From a virus, in IMG/VR virus record IMGVR_UViG_3300020190_000042, positions 1 through 64,000 of that record: a stretch of 64,000 nt of DNA. One strand, given 5' to 3'. The notes below the pieces were generated by a model. That model was not told the DNA's origin and searched no databases. It worked only from the letters and a program-made list of their open reading frames with translations. A program made the position numbers and the translations under genes. Shown here piece by piece: positions 28,110 to 37,986 of the stretch. The stretch's first letter is position 1; each line of letters opens with the position of its first letter.

Positions 28110-28286
28110 ATGGAACAACTTCTCACCCACCTCCAACAACTGATGGCGATTTTATTCGCTATCCACGCTCTGGCTCTCGCCATTGTGAACCTGACGCCTA
28201 CGCCCAAAGACGATGCTGTGGTGGCAAAGTACTACCGAATCATCGAAATCTTAGCTGGGATCGTCACTCGTCTCGTTAAGAAGTAA
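28110..28286 (+). CDS. Holin-like small membrane protein (58 aa, not in track)
   Basis: LMAILFAIHALALAIVNLTPTPKDD...IEILAGIV; near the endolysin. Confidence 0.65.
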   Translation: MEQLLTHLQQLMAILFAIHALALAIVNLTPTPKDDAVVAKYYRIIEILAGIVTRLVKK

Positions 28287-28682
28287 ACCAGGATCATCTT
28301 CGGGGCGTGCCGGGAGTTTTAAAGGCTCTCGGCACACTTCTTCGTATTCGCGAGCAGCTATACTCTGCTCATGGTTGTAACTTAACCAATTCCAAATTGC
28401 CAATTCTCTATCGGGATCCCAGAATGTCTGGGACCGATACCACAATAGCCAACATTCATCAGACTTTTGCAGGTTGCAGGTCGGACAACAGGCTAATAAA
28501 TTGCCTCGCTTTGTTGTCCCGTTTTTAGCGCGAGCTACAATATGATCAAGTGTATAAGCGCGATCCGATCCGCAGTAAGCGCATATATTATCCCAAGCGT
28601 CTAAAATATCCTTCCTAAACCGTTTTCTAGCAGTACGACGTTGTAAACACTGAAGATTAAATACAAGGTCGGACTCGCTCAC
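28251..28682 (-). CDS. HNH endonuclease
   Basis: CAYCG...TLDHIVARAKNG...NLLACCPTCNLQK. Confidence 0.9.
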   Translation of the reverse strand: MSESDLVFNLQCLQRRTARKRFRKDILDAWDNICAYCGSDRAYTLDHIVARAKNGTTKRGNLLACCPTCNLQKSDECWLLWYRSQTFWDPDRELAIWNWLSYNHEQSIAAREYEEVCREPLKLPARPEDDPGLLLNETSDDPS

Positions 28683-28723
28683 AAAAAATGTGCGCGGGAT
28701 TACTACTGTCTTAGCTACATATA

Positions 28724-29110
28724 TTATACACTAATTTTGCTTAAGAATTTAGGTGATGAGCGTTCAATAACGGAAACACTGTGTCCCCTAGCACTAAAGG
28801 CAGTAGCTAAGTAATTACAAGCTAATTCTGGATCAGTCGTATCGCCGCACGTAAATGCGTCCACAGCGGCAAATTCGCACTCGGGCCAGGTGTGGATGGA
28901 AATATGGGATTCGGCAAGGAGCGCAAACCCTGTAATACCTTGCGGATCAAAAGCATGTGTGCAAATATCGATGAGCGTTGCGCCAGCTAAATCAGCTGCA
29001 TTAGATAGCGCATTACGCACATAAGCTTCATCATTAAGCTTTGTTGCGTCCGCCCGATAAAGTTCAGCGACACAATGCTTACATTCCAATGAAGGCGCCC
29101 AACACGACAT
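28724..29110 (-). CDS. speD: S-adenosylmethionine decarboxylase proenzyme
   Basis: FDPQGITGFALLAESHISIHTWPE...DAFTCG. Confidence 0.93.
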   Translation of the reverse strand: MSCWAPSLECKHCVAELYRADATKLNDEAYVRNALSNAADLAGATLIDICTHAFDPQGITGFALLAESHISIHTWPECEFAAVDAFTCGDTTDPELACNYLATAFSARGHSVSVIERSSPKFLSKISV

Positions 29111-29158
29111 TTAATTTTAAGAGCGATACCCTAACCTGAAGCCCGGCATACAAATCTT

Positions 29159-30040
29159 ATGAACAACGTAAGAATCCAATGGCTGAGTTCGGATAAAAAC
29201 CTGTTCGAGGTTGATTGGCTCAGATTCTTATTTAAAGGTATTCAAGATTTTGTAGATGTTGAGTTCGATAGCCGCAAGATACGAGCGGACGCCAACGCGA
29301 TACTCATATGCAACCACGCGGTGCCCTACCGGGATGTGCTCGATCAGTTACGAGCTAATGGCAAGAGATATGCGATCGTTTTACTGAGCGACGAAAACTT
29401 GCGCGAGCCCTGCGAATGGCTGCACGATCCAGCCTGCGTAAAACTACACCGTAATTACATACACCCAAACCACTTAGACCATCCAAAAGTTCAATTTTTT
29501 GGGCTCGGGTATAAACGTGACCTTGTAAGACACTTAAAAAACCCCGTTTCTTCCAGGGATTACAGCTGGTGTTTCGCAGGAACCCCGCACGGCGAACGCC
29601 AAAAAATGCTAGATATTTTTCAAAAAGTTAAAAGCTACAAAATTCATACCTGTAGCGGTTTCGGCGCTGAAGACGGTTTAACGACTGAAGAATACGCCGA
29701 AATGCTGCAGCGGAGCGTTTTTGCCCTGTGTCCGGAAGGGCAGGACAGCATGGATTCGTTTCGAATTTACGAGGCACTCGAAGCAGGCTGCATCCCTGTA
29801 ACTAGAACGCATTCCAGGCAATTTCTGATTAAACCATCGTATTGGCACGCAGCTTTTTACGGTGTTCAGGATCTGCCGTTCGTTTACGCCGAGACATTTG
29901 AGGACTGCTTGGCTAAGATGACGGCCTTATCGACGCAGGAGGTTGAGGCGCTTCAAAAGAACTGCAAACAGCTCTGGGCACATTATAAAAACGTGTGGCA
30001 AACCCAATTCACCCAAACTTACAATCTTTTAGTTAACTAG
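29159..30040 (+). CDS. Exostosin-like glycosyltransferase (GT47)
   Basis: YAEMLQRSVFALCPEG...DSFRIYEALEAGCIPV. Confidence 0.85.
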   Translation: MNNVRIQWLSSDKNLFEVDWLRFLFKGIQDFVDVEFDSRKIRADANAILICNHAVPYRDVLDQLRANGKRYAIVLLSDENLREPCEWLHDPACVKLHRNYIHPNHLDHPKVQFFGLGYKRDLVRHLKNPVSSRDYSWCFAGTPHGERQKMLDIFQKVKSYKIHTCSGFGAEDGLTTEEYAEMLQRSVFALCPEGQDSMDSFRIYEALEAGCIPVTRTHSRQFLIKPSYWHAAFYGVQDLPFVYAETFEDCLAKMTALSTQEVEALQKNCKQLWAHYKNVWQTQFTQTYNLLVN

Positions 30041-30091
30041 ATCTACACACTACGAAGTTCACCAACGACACAAAAACACCCGATTACGGCG

Positions 30092-30532
30092 TCAAGACCC
30101 GGCAATCGGTCCGCCATAAAGCCACGCGTCACAAGTGCGTGCCGCTGCGCACTTAAATTTAAATAACTGGCAATAACCTAAATCAGCTCGCTCCTGAACA
30201 TCCCAGGGCTCAGCAAGTTGATTTTCGTTTATCCCTTCAATAATACAATTCAAAATTTTATCGGACTGATCAAAAGCAGCACAGTTACCGCAACGAGCTG
30301 TTTGGGCGGTCTCGATGTCCGTGTTCCACATATCGGCTTTTTTCTCCCAAAATCCCGGATCTGGATTTGCCGGATTTAAAGGACCGTATTTAAATTTATC
30401 TATTGTCCAATTTCTATTTTTTGTGTTTTCTTCCACGTCCAAGGTGGCGCTCGGGCACCTGGCGCTGACCTCAGAAACGCGTTTATTTAAGAAAATTTCA
30501 GCTCTTTCTTTCATGACAGAATCCTTGTTCAC
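30092..30532 (-). CDS. Cys-rich conserved-type phage protein
   Basis: ARCGNCAAFD...GYCQLFKFKCAAARTCDAW. Confidence 0.8.
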   Translation of the reverse strand: MNKDSVMKERAEIFLNKRVSEVSARCPSATLDVEENTKNRNWTIDKFKYGPLNPANPDPGFWEKKADMWNTDIETAQTARCGNCAAFDQSDKILNCIIEGINENQLAEPWDVQERADLGYCQLFKFKCAAARTCDAWLYGGPIAGS

Positions 30533-30535
30533 TAC

Positions 30536-33013
30536 TCACCTAGCGCGGGCGTAGGCGAAGGGCGATTCGGCAAAACTCGCATACACATACGTTGTTCCGT
30601 TGCCATTTACTTCAGTGCCAGATGCGCGAAACTTGAAGCCATTAGAAAGAATGTCAACGTAGCGAAGTGAGCTAGAAAACTCTGCCTCAGATGTATCTGC
30701 CCGAAGAAAGGCGTCAACCACGTTGTACGTCGAACGCGCTGTGTCGATGATGATCCAGCTTTCGTTTGTAATAGAAGTTGCTTTAAGAAGTATCCACCTA
30801 GGACGGTGCCCGGTATAAACAAACGGCCCATCCGAGCTGCCGTTGCCGGTGTAGCTGCCAAAAGAAGAGTACCCGGCTACTGGGGCGAAGCAGTAGGCGA
30901 TTAAGCCTTCACCTGATCCGCTATTGCCACCAACATCGGTATTGATGCCAATAGTAAAAATACTACTGGTAGGTTCTGTGTTGTTCCAAATGCCAAAGTT
31001 GGATGAAGCAGCGGCAGTTGAATTAAGGACTAATGGCAAAGAAGCACCAGAGGCAGAGTGATAGACGCGCCAGTTGGCTGATCCATCATTGCGATTCTTC
31101 AGGATAATTAGATTAGGTTTTACACCAAGTCCGTGGCCTACGGTTCTTGCCGATCCCGTATATGCCGCTGTATAACTAACCACCGAAAAACCCGCACTAG
31201 CATTAGCCCTCACCTGAGAAGTGATGCTGCCTTGTGTGTTGGATGCGGTAGAAGAACCGGCGTCCCACGCCCAAGCCACGTAGCTATTGCCGTTGATGTT
31301 TGTGCTGAAAGTGGTGCCGCCTGATCCGGTTGAGAAACCAGTCGAATCGAATGACGTTAGCGAGTTACTATCGGTAATCTCTCCGTTGGTTAAGTTGGAA
31401 AATAAACCTTTTGTGGTGCCACGAATTACGTCGAATAAGCCGTGACCATTTGCTTGTGAACGGTCTTTGATCCAAACAAAGTCAGGCGAGAAGTTCAGCC
31501 CACTGATGGTCTGCGTTGAGCCATTGCCGGTGTAGAGCTTCACGTCCATGTAGTCCGAGCCTTTGGCAATCGTCGGCGTCGGCAGGTTGGCCGTGCAGAG
31601 GGATTTGAAGCCCGCTGGTGCTGCATAACTAAACTGGCGTTGGCCGAAGTTATAGTCCCACGTCATTGAGTTTCCGTAACTAATCTGAGAAACCGGCGTA
31701 TACGTGCCCGATGTCAAATTGAATAAGGCTGTCCCTCCGGGACTTAGCCCATCTATCCACGTTCCGTTCTTGTGTGCGTAAAATTTATTGTTGTCGAGAT
31801 CAAATGCAATTCCGATAATGTCGCCTTGAACTGCTCTCGTTGTGTTCGTTGCAGTGGCAGACCCATTGTTAATCTTATAAATATTCGCAAAAGCGGTGTA
31901 GTTATAGATTATGTATGAAGTCGCGTACTGTCCCGGTTCTTTAGTTAAATCTATCTTGGTGATGTCAGTAACGCCAACGGCTGCGTCGGATCCAGAATTA
32001 GTCCAAGAGGTTAAAGTACCCTCGAAATACCATTTGCCGGATGACGCTGCAAATGTAGACGGTCGCTCTCTGCCGTTACCACTTCCGCCTGAGTGCGTCA
32101 GGTTTCCATTAGACAAAGTGCCGTTGGAACTGGAAAGCGGATTCAACGTCGCATAGTTCCCCACCGTGACGCCACCCGCGTCTCCTCCAGTGCTGGCGGT
32201 GCCATTAGAGGGGGAGTCTACGAGGCTGTCGTTGCCTGCGCCTGCCGTGACTGAAAGGTTGTTCGGCGTCCAGTTGTGCCCGTTGCCAGAAGTGTCCTTC
32301 CCTAATGTGCTGGCGGTGTTGTTGCTGTTGTCGGCAAAGTCGAGGTGGAAGCCGTTGGTGCCGTAGCTGCCGCTGTATGCCTTGGGGTTCCACGCGCCCG
32401 TGGTGGCGTCGGTTTCGGCGAAGTCTCCCGGAACCTTGGCAGACCCATCAATGAAAAATATATCCGCTAAATAAGCTGATAAATAAGCCTCTGTATAGGC
32501 ACCAGTCCGCCCAATGTCGTGAGCGTTTGCGGCATTGATGAACGAGTTTTCGCTAGGACCGGGATACGTTGCCGTTGAGAATGAAGTTTGCTGCGTGCCG
32601 TTTACATAAACCTTTGCACGATTGCTGGAGGTGCCTTGGGTGGTGTCCCAAACAATGACGATGTGATACCAAGCAGAAACGTCTCGGAAGACGGCGGTTG
32701 TTATCAGGTTGGTTGTAACACTTCCACCCGCCTGGTTAAGGATTCGGAGCTTGTCGTCCGACTCAAACATCAACTGCGTTCTATTGGAGCCATCGCTGTA
32801 ACCGTCAAACAATGTTTGCTGACTTCCAAGAGCACTTCTTTTGACCCACGCGCTCCAGGTCCAAGTGGTTCTGCTGCCTGCCGATGAGTAGGTTCTGGCA
32901 CAGAAACCACTGTCACTACTGTTGAAACGCAGTGATCTTGAAATTTGATAGCCTGCGGCTCCACCGCCAGCTGCCGCAGACAACAGCAGTTGTTTACCGG
33001 AAGTTAGGCTCAT
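30536..33013 (-). CDS. Tail fibre / receptor-binding protein (LamG/ConA-like, SPRY-like, C-terminal repeat domains)
   Basis: SLRFN...TWSAWVKR...FRDVSAWYHIV; SSGKWYFE...GDIIGIAFDLDN; YTGNG...PDFVWIK repeats. Confidence 0.85.
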   Translation of the reverse strand: MSLTSGKQLLLSAAAGGGAAGYQISRSLRFNSSDSGFCARTYSSAGSRTTWTWSAWVKRSALGSQQTLFDGYSDGSNRTQLMFESDDKLRILNQAGGSVTTNLITTAVFRDVSAWYHIVIVWDTTQGTSSNRAKVYVNGTQQTSFSTATYPGPSENSFINAANAHDIGRTGAYTEAYLSAYLADIFFIDGSAKVPGDFAETDATTGAWNPKAYSGSYGTNGFHLDFADNSNNTASTLGKDTSGNGHNWTPNNLSVTAGAGNDSLVDSPSNGTASTGGDAGGVTVGNYATLNPLSSSNGTLSNGNLTHSGGSGNGRERPSTFAASSGKWYFEGTLTSWTNSGSDAAVGVTDITKIDLTKEPGQYATSYIIYNYTAFANIYKINNGSATATNTTRAVQGDIIGIAFDLDNNKFYAHKNGTWIDGLSPGGTALFNLTSGTYTPVSQISYGNSMTWDYNFGQRQFSYAAPAGFKSLCTANLPTPTIAKGSDYMDVKLYTGNGSTQTISGLNFSPDFVWIKDRSQANGHGLFDVIRGTTKGLFSNLTNGEITDSNSLTSFDSTGFSTGSGGTTFSTNINGNSYVAWAWDAGSSTASNTQGSITSQVRANASAGFSVVSYTAAYTGSARTVGHGLGVKPNLIILKNRNDGSANWRVYHSASGASLPLVLNSTAAASSNFGIWNNTEPTSSIFTIGINTDVGGNSGSGEGLIAYCFAPVAGYSSFGSYTGNGSSDGPFVYTGHRPRWILLKATSITNESWIIIDTARSTYNVVDAFLRADTSEAEFSSSLRYVDILSNGFKFRASGTEVNGNGTTYVYASFAESPFAYARAR

Positions 33014-34056
33014 GAGACAGTGCCAGAACCAAAGTTAAGGTTACTAACAACATTAATACGGTTGGAGTTAACAACGTAATAGCCAAACATATCGATACCG
33101 CTAGCCGTCGTTGTTAGTGTAGGTGCTGTATTACTAGCGAACGACCACGAACCGCTATAAGTAAGTAAGCGAGTTCCTGCGCTGTCCTGGCGAACAATTA
33201 TGGCTCCACATTGACCGCCACTGGCATTAGTCGGTCTAGCAAGGGTTGATGTACCCGCAGTCAAAACAATTTCAAAATTATCGCGAGCACCCAAATTTAA
33301 AATAATTACACCAGAACCTAAAATAGTACCGCTAGGAACGCCAAATGTTTGAGACTGAGTAAAGGCTGGTCCGCTAATGGGCCCACCAGTTTTGTCATAT
33401 TTACCTGTTAAACCAGCAAGAGCTGCGTTACCAGAAGCTAAAGCTGTAGAACCAACTACAAGAGCAGCATTGCCGGAAGCTAAAGCTGTAGAACCAACTA
33501 CAAGAGCAGCATTGCCGGAAGCTAAAGCTGTAGAGGCAACTAAGTTAGCTGAGTTTGCTGTCGACTGAGCACTTGCAGCGTTAGCAATACCTAAGTTGCC
33601 GCTTGCTAGTGCATTTGCAGCAGCCAGTAAAGCGGCATTACCAGAAGCTAAAGCTGCAGTACCAGAAGCTAAAGCTCTAGAACCAACTACAAGAGCAGCA
33701 TTGCCGGAAGCAAGGGCGGTGGCTGCATTAGTTAAAGCGGCGTTACCCGAAGCAAGAGCACCGGCTCCCACGACGAGCGCGGCATTTCCAGAAGCTAAGG
33801 CGGTCGCCGCCCCGGCAATACCTAAATTGCCAGAAGCTAAGGCACTGGCCCCAACAACGAGAGCTGCGTTACCAGAAGCCTGAGCAACAGCGGCGTTTGC
33901 AATACCAAGATTGCCGCTTGCTAGTGCATTTGCTGCGGCAACGAGAGCAGCATTACCCGAAGCTTGTGCTGTAGTATCAATACCCGGAACTAAATCACCG
34001 GGCGGTAATTCGGACGAAGCTCCGCTGATTAAAACAATTGGTTTACGCGTAACCAT
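33010..34056 (-). CDS. Tail-fibre stalk protein with 14-aa ALASGNAAL repeats
   Basis: About 13 ASG repeats; C-terminal GQCGAIIVRQD...APTLTTTA domain. Confidence 0.8.
   Translation of the reverse strand: MVTRKPIVLISGASSELPPGDLVPGIDTTAQASGNAALVAAANALASGNLGIANAAVAQASGNAALVVGASALASGNLGIAGAATALASGNAALVVGAGALASGNAALTNAATALASGNAALVVGSRALASGTAALASGNAALLAAANALASGNLGIANAASAQSTANSANLVASTALASGNAALVVGSTALASGNAALVVGSTALASGNAALAGLTGKYDKTGGPISGPAFTQSQTFGVPSGTILGSGVIILNLGARDNFEIVLTAGTSTLARPTNASGGQCGAIIVRQDSAGTRLLTYSGSWSFASNTAPTLTTTASGIDMFGYYVVNSNRINVVSNLNFGSGTVS
33434..33534. repeat. 42-bp tandem repeat (~2.4 copies)
   Basis: GAAGCTAAAGCTGTAGAACCAACTACAAGAGCAGCATTGCCG at 33434, 33476 and partial at 33518; near-copy near 33664. 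Confidence 0.9.
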
Positions 34057-34086
34057 CGGAAACTCCCCCGTTATTTAAGTATAGCT

Positions 34087-34590
34087 TTAGTCAAACAGAA
34101 CTACCGGCGGTTCAATTTCGATTTGAAGTTCTGTCGGACTTAAAGCCTGTCCGATATAAACCAAAGCAGCATATCCACTAGCTGCCGTAACTAAACCAGA
34201 GCTAGTTGCATATTTAGTTAACTTGCCATCATATTTTGATAAGTAATAATACTGACCGGGAGTAAGTTGAGTTTCCCCAACTAAGTTGGCAGAAGTTAAA
34301 ACGGCAACACCATCAACATTAATATCAACCGTGCTTGAAGAGGAAGCACTGGATGCAGTTATCCCCACGGCGTTATAACTCGTAGCATTTACTCCACTCG
34401 CAGCGGTCGCCGGCAAAGCGTAAGTGCCGCTTACGTAAACAGCATCGCCTTGTATAAACGTGGCGCCAGCAATTAAGTTTTGTACGGTTGCCGGTGTAGT
34501 TGCGACACCGGCTCCATTAACGAGCCAAACCTCAGTAGTACCCGGCGTAAACGATTCGTATTTACGGTTAAATATCGCGCGGGTAGACAT
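34087..34590 (-). CDS. Virion structural protein (decoration/cement-like)
   Basis: LIAGATFIQGDAVYV...LTPGQYYYLS; paralogous to 36087..36470. Confidence 0.7.
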   Translation of the reverse strand: MSTRAIFNRKYESFTPGTTEVWLVNGAGVATTPATVQNLIAGATFIQGDAVYVSGTYALPATAASGVNATSYNAVGITASSASSSSTVDINVDGVAVLTSANLVGETQLTPGQYYYLSKYDGKLTKYATSSGLVTAASGYAALVYIGQALSPTELQIEIEPPVVLFD

Positions 34591-34619
34591 AAGACTAATT
34601 ACTCTCTAATTAATTCTAC

Positions 34620-35117
34620 TTAGATCGATTCCACAACTCCAGAAGGATCTGGAGGAGTCGGGGGGTTTAATTGAGGCCACATAGGATAGCCAGACCCAGT
34701 TATATAAGTTGCCAACTCATCCGTAGTCTGGGTTGCGCGAATCTGCACAACTTTACCTTCACAAGAAACGCGTAATTCTTGTCGCCAATTTTTAATGCCG
34801 CTGGGCATTGGGGTGCCATTATCCGCCTCACGAACAACGGTCCAATCTGTCGGCAACAATAAACTATTTGCCGTTTGACGAGTCTGATCGGTCCACCCGG
34901 ACACCAAGGTTCCGTGATCTTTAGGAATTAAAGTACCGCTAGCGGTGTAGCCCCAATAAAAACGTTGATCGTAACTCGGAGGATCAGGAACTTCAGTAAT
35001 TCCTTGTGCGGCGCGCTCATCCGGCGTAGCTAACCGCAGCCAATTTGCCGGAAATAAAGTTCCGTTAGCCTCAAACGGGGTATCTAAAGGTAGGGGTTGT
35101 CCGTTGAGTACAAACAC
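34620..35117 (-). CDS. Tail-fibre assembly/associated protein
   Basis: FPANWLRL...YDQRFYWG...PTDWTVVRE...WRQELR. Confidence 0.7.
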   Translation of the reverse strand: MFVLNGQPLPLDTPFEANGTLFPANWLRLATPDERAAQGITEVPDPPSYDQRFYWGYTASGTLIPKDHGTLVSGWTDQTRQTANSLLLPTDWTVVREADNGTPMPSGIKNWRQELRVSCEGKVVQIRATQTTDELATYITGSGYPMWPQLNPPTPPDPSGVVESI

Positions 35118-35245
35118 AACCAGAAGCCTATTTTCCTAGTTTAAGTATAAAACACTTTTGGAGTCTGTAGCTAAGTGCATTATATAAAACCAGGCTTTAC
35201 AAAAGGATTATACGCTGTAAAATAACAAAGATCACTACAGCAGAG

Positions 35246-36097
35246 ATGGCGACACCAACACTACAAGAGGCTTGGGCGGAGTTTCACGCTGAGCGAAGCG
35301 TTACCTTGTGCCCGACAAGTTTAGTTACGGATTACAAGCAAACAACAAAATGGCTCATAAAGGCGCCAATAACAGATTTAACTCAGGGAAGACAGTTAAT
35401 GGCTTGGGTTTTAAATCAAAAACCGATTAAATCGGCGAGGCGTGTAGCTATGTATGTAAAAGCTTTATATACATGGACATCAAGCGAGGAGATTGGTTAT
35501 TTAGATAAAAATCCGATAGCGAAATATCGAATGCCAAAACCGCCCCAAAGCGATGATGAAGTAATTGTGATCCCACGAGCAGAAACGGCTCTTTTACTCA
35601 TAGCCTTTAAGGCAAAACAACGTAAATCCGATTGGGCATCGTACTCCGAGTTTATGTTGCAGACAGCAATGAGAACGGGAGAGGTACGAGCAATGAAATG
35701 GGAAGATATAAAGGATAATAAAGTTTTGGTGCACCGTAACTACACGCTGACGCACGGACTTAAAAATTCAACAAAAACTAACAAAAAACGTGTGGTGCCT
35801 TTAAATACGGTTGCACAGGAAATAATAAATAAGATGCCTCAAGATAACGAATACATATTCCCATACGACCGAAATTCTTATATGAGTTTTTTCTACGATC
35901 GCGCAAAAGAACTACACGCAGCAGATTTAATATCTAACAGATACAGACCTTATGATCTCAGACATACAGCAATAAGCCGTTGGCTAGAAGAAAAAATTCC
36001 TGTGGCTCAGGCGGCAAAATGGGCCGGAAACAGCTCAGAAGTAATATGGAAGCATTATGTAAACGTAACGCAAGAGTATGAAATGCCTACTTTATAA
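35246..36097 (+). CDS. Tyrosine recombinase / integrase
   Basis: TAMRTGE, TKT, RPYDLRHT, WAGNS, KHY catalytic motifs. Confidence 0.92.
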   Translation: MATPTLQEAWAEFHAERSVTLCPTSLVTDYKQTTKWLIKAPITDLTQGRQLMAWVLNQKPIKSARRVAMYVKALYTWTSSEEIGYLDKNPIAKYRMPKPPQSDDEVIVIPRAETALLLIAFKAKQRKSDWASYSEFMLQTAMRTGEVRAMKWEDIKDNKVLVHRNYTLTHGLKNSTKTNKKRVVPLNTVAQEIINKMPQDNEYIFPYDRNSYMSFFYDRAKELHAADLISNRYRPYDLRHTAISRWLEEKIPVAQAAKWAGNSSEVIWKHYVNVTQEYEMPTL

Positions 36098-36470
36098 CGT
36101 ATACAGGTTTTTGCACTTCAACGTCAATGCTTATGGTGGAAAGTGCCCGGCCAAGATTAGTTAAAAAGGCGCCTGATAATGTAGTGGCGTTTAGCTCAGT
36201 TTGCCACGTAGCGTAAGAAACAATGTTGCCGGAAGTTGCGACAGATAGATACTGAGGATTTCCCGGCGTTAATAAAGATAAAGATGAGTAAATACAGTCA
36301 GAAGCTACTCGAACAAGATTGGATTGAGTCGTAGTATCTAAAGAAACTCCGATTACAGATGCTTGAGTTTGATTGGTTGCAATAGCTTTATACAGAAAAC
36401 CCGAAGGATTTACATAAACAGCATTTCCCGCTGAGATGGCTTCACCAGCAATAAACGAAGTAATAGTCAT
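36087..36470 (-). CDS. Virion structural protein (decoration/cement-like)
   Basis: FIAGEAISAGNAVYV...LTPGNPQYLS; paralogous to 34087..34590. Confidence 0.7.
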   Translation of the reverse strand: MTITSFIAGEAISAGNAVYVNPSGFLYKAIATNQTQASVIGVSLDTTTQSNLVRVASDCIYSSLSLLTPGNPQYLSVATSGNIVSYATWQTELNATTLSGAFLTNLGRALSTISIDVEVQKPVYVIK

Positions 36471-36646
36471 CTCAGACTCCTCTAATAGTTACAGTTTAAC
36501 GACCCTGACCTCTGTAGGCTTTCTTGCCGCGACGCTCCGGACGAGAGTTGACACCGTGTCCAATTGAAGTGGTCTTAGGCTTGGACTCAATTTTGTTTTG
36601 AATGCTTTTGGGTTTTGCCATGTTGAGTCAACGAGACGAGAAAAGC

Positions 36647-37534
36647 TTAGACCTGTTTCCAGGTGGTGCCGTCCCAAACGAATAGGTGTTGATTAACTGT
36701 GTCATACCAACCGGCACCCTGAGTGGAAGGAGCAGGCGCCGTAGAGCTGTAAGCAAACGAACGCGACGGACCCGCCTCGTACCAACCGCTAGACATCGCG
36801 TCGTAGACAAACAGATTGCCTACAAGCGTATTGAACCACAGGGAGCCATCGCGGGCCGGGGCTTCAGTTCCGGTTCCTGAGGGAGGAACGTCACCTTTTA
36901 AAACTACGGCATCCGCATTAGTTTGATACCAGGCAGGGTTTGATACGCCATTACCGCTTGCGTACACAAACATGCGCCCTTCATTGGTGTCAAACCACAA
37001 AGCGCCCGCGTTGTAGTTTGTACCCGGAGAGCCAGAGACAGTAACTGTAGAGCCTCCGCCAGCTCCACTAATGATTACATTATTACCACTGTAACTAACT
37101 GTGTTAGAACCTTGGCCAAATACATGACCAGAAACAGAATTCTGAAAAACGTTCCCGTAATTGACGTTAAACTCAGTTCCGTTAACTAAATAAAGACCGG
37201 ATCCAGCCGTAAAAATCGCGCCCGATGCAGAAGTAATACTTGCGTTTATAACAGTCGTCGTTCCGCTAGCAGTAAAGAAAATACCAGATCCAGCTTGTAT
37301 ACCTATAGCGCTTGAAGTTTGGATACCGCTTATAGTCGTATTTAAATCCTCTAACGCTCGCACAACCCCATCAAAGTTAGGGGTATAACCAGTAGCGCAC
37401 CTAGAGTAACTTGTAGTTCCCACTCCAGATACCGTATCTAAAAGGAGTTCGATGACATCGACAATGCCACGGAAGTTTGGTTCGTGTAGAGCACGATATG
37501 TACTCCCGTGTGTCGGGCAGGGAGCTAGTGTCAT
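36647..37534 (-). CDS. Fibre-like virion protein, Ser-Gly-rich
   Basis: Three GxLWF[DN]T/GWYDT fibre repeats; 13 SG. Confidence 0.75.
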   Translation of the reverse strand: MTLAPCPTHGSTYRALHEPNFRGIVDVIELLLDTVSGVGTTSYSRCATGYTPNFDGVVRALEDLNTTISGIQTSSAIGIQAGSGIFFTASGTTTVINASITSASGAIFTAGSGLYLVNGTEFNVNYGNVFQNSVSGHVFGQGSNTVSYSGNNVIISGAGGGSTVTVSGSPGTNYNAGALWFDTNEGRMFVYASGNGVSNPAWYQTNADAVVLKGDVPPSGTGTEAPARDGSLWFNTLVGNLFVYDAMSSGWYEAGPSRSFAYSSTAPAPSTQGAGWYDTVNQHLFVWDGTTWKQV

Positions 37535-37585
37535 CTATAAAGTCTAAAGCTAGCCTCCTCTTTCGATTCTACAGCATTGTTGAAA

Positions 37586-37924
37586 TTAAGCGGAACGTTT
37601 TTGCTTGTTGTACTGAGCGGAAAGGCGTTTAATAGAACTTACGGAAACACCCAAAATCTGTGAAACTTTTGAGCAACTGTTGCCAGCGTTTAAAAGGTTT
37701 AGAGCTTCGGTTGTCTGCCAGGTTCTCGACCGCCGGCGATCTGCAGCAGCCTTAATAACTTTAAATTCTTCAGCGGTCGAACCTTGCCGGAGGATTTGCC
37801 TGACTCGTTCGTGCGAAACACCAACCTTTAAACCAATCTCACGCAGGCTCAGACCATCAAGATATAAATCGTAAATTTGGCAATAACGAGTACGCCGCTG
37901 GTCTGCGGTTAAGGTTTCAGTCAT
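37586..37924 (-). CDS. Double HTH (sigma region 4-like) regulator
   Basis: GLSLREIGLKVGVSHERVRQI; GNSCSKVSQILGVSVSSIKR. Confidence 0.8.
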   Translation of the reverse strand: MTETLTADQRRTRYCQIYDLYLDGLSLREIGLKVGVSHERVRQILRQGSTAEEFKVIKAAADRRRSRTWQTTEALNLLNAGNSCSKVSQILGVSVSSIKRLSAQYNKQKRSA

Positions 37925-37957
37925 TTAAAAGTTTTTGGGTCGTTTCGGGTCTTACTG

Positions 37958-37986
37958 ACCGTACCGACCTTCTGATCGGGTGTCAA
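37958..37986 (-). promoter_or_regulatory. Sigma70-type promoter for the HTH gene
   Basis: Minus strand TTGACA-N17-TACGGT. Confidence 0.55.

Noticed and set aside
30536-37534. Diversity-generating retroelement or shufflon acting on the tail fibres
   Set aside because: No reverse transcriptase, no TR/VR pair and no inverted recombination repeats were found by eye.
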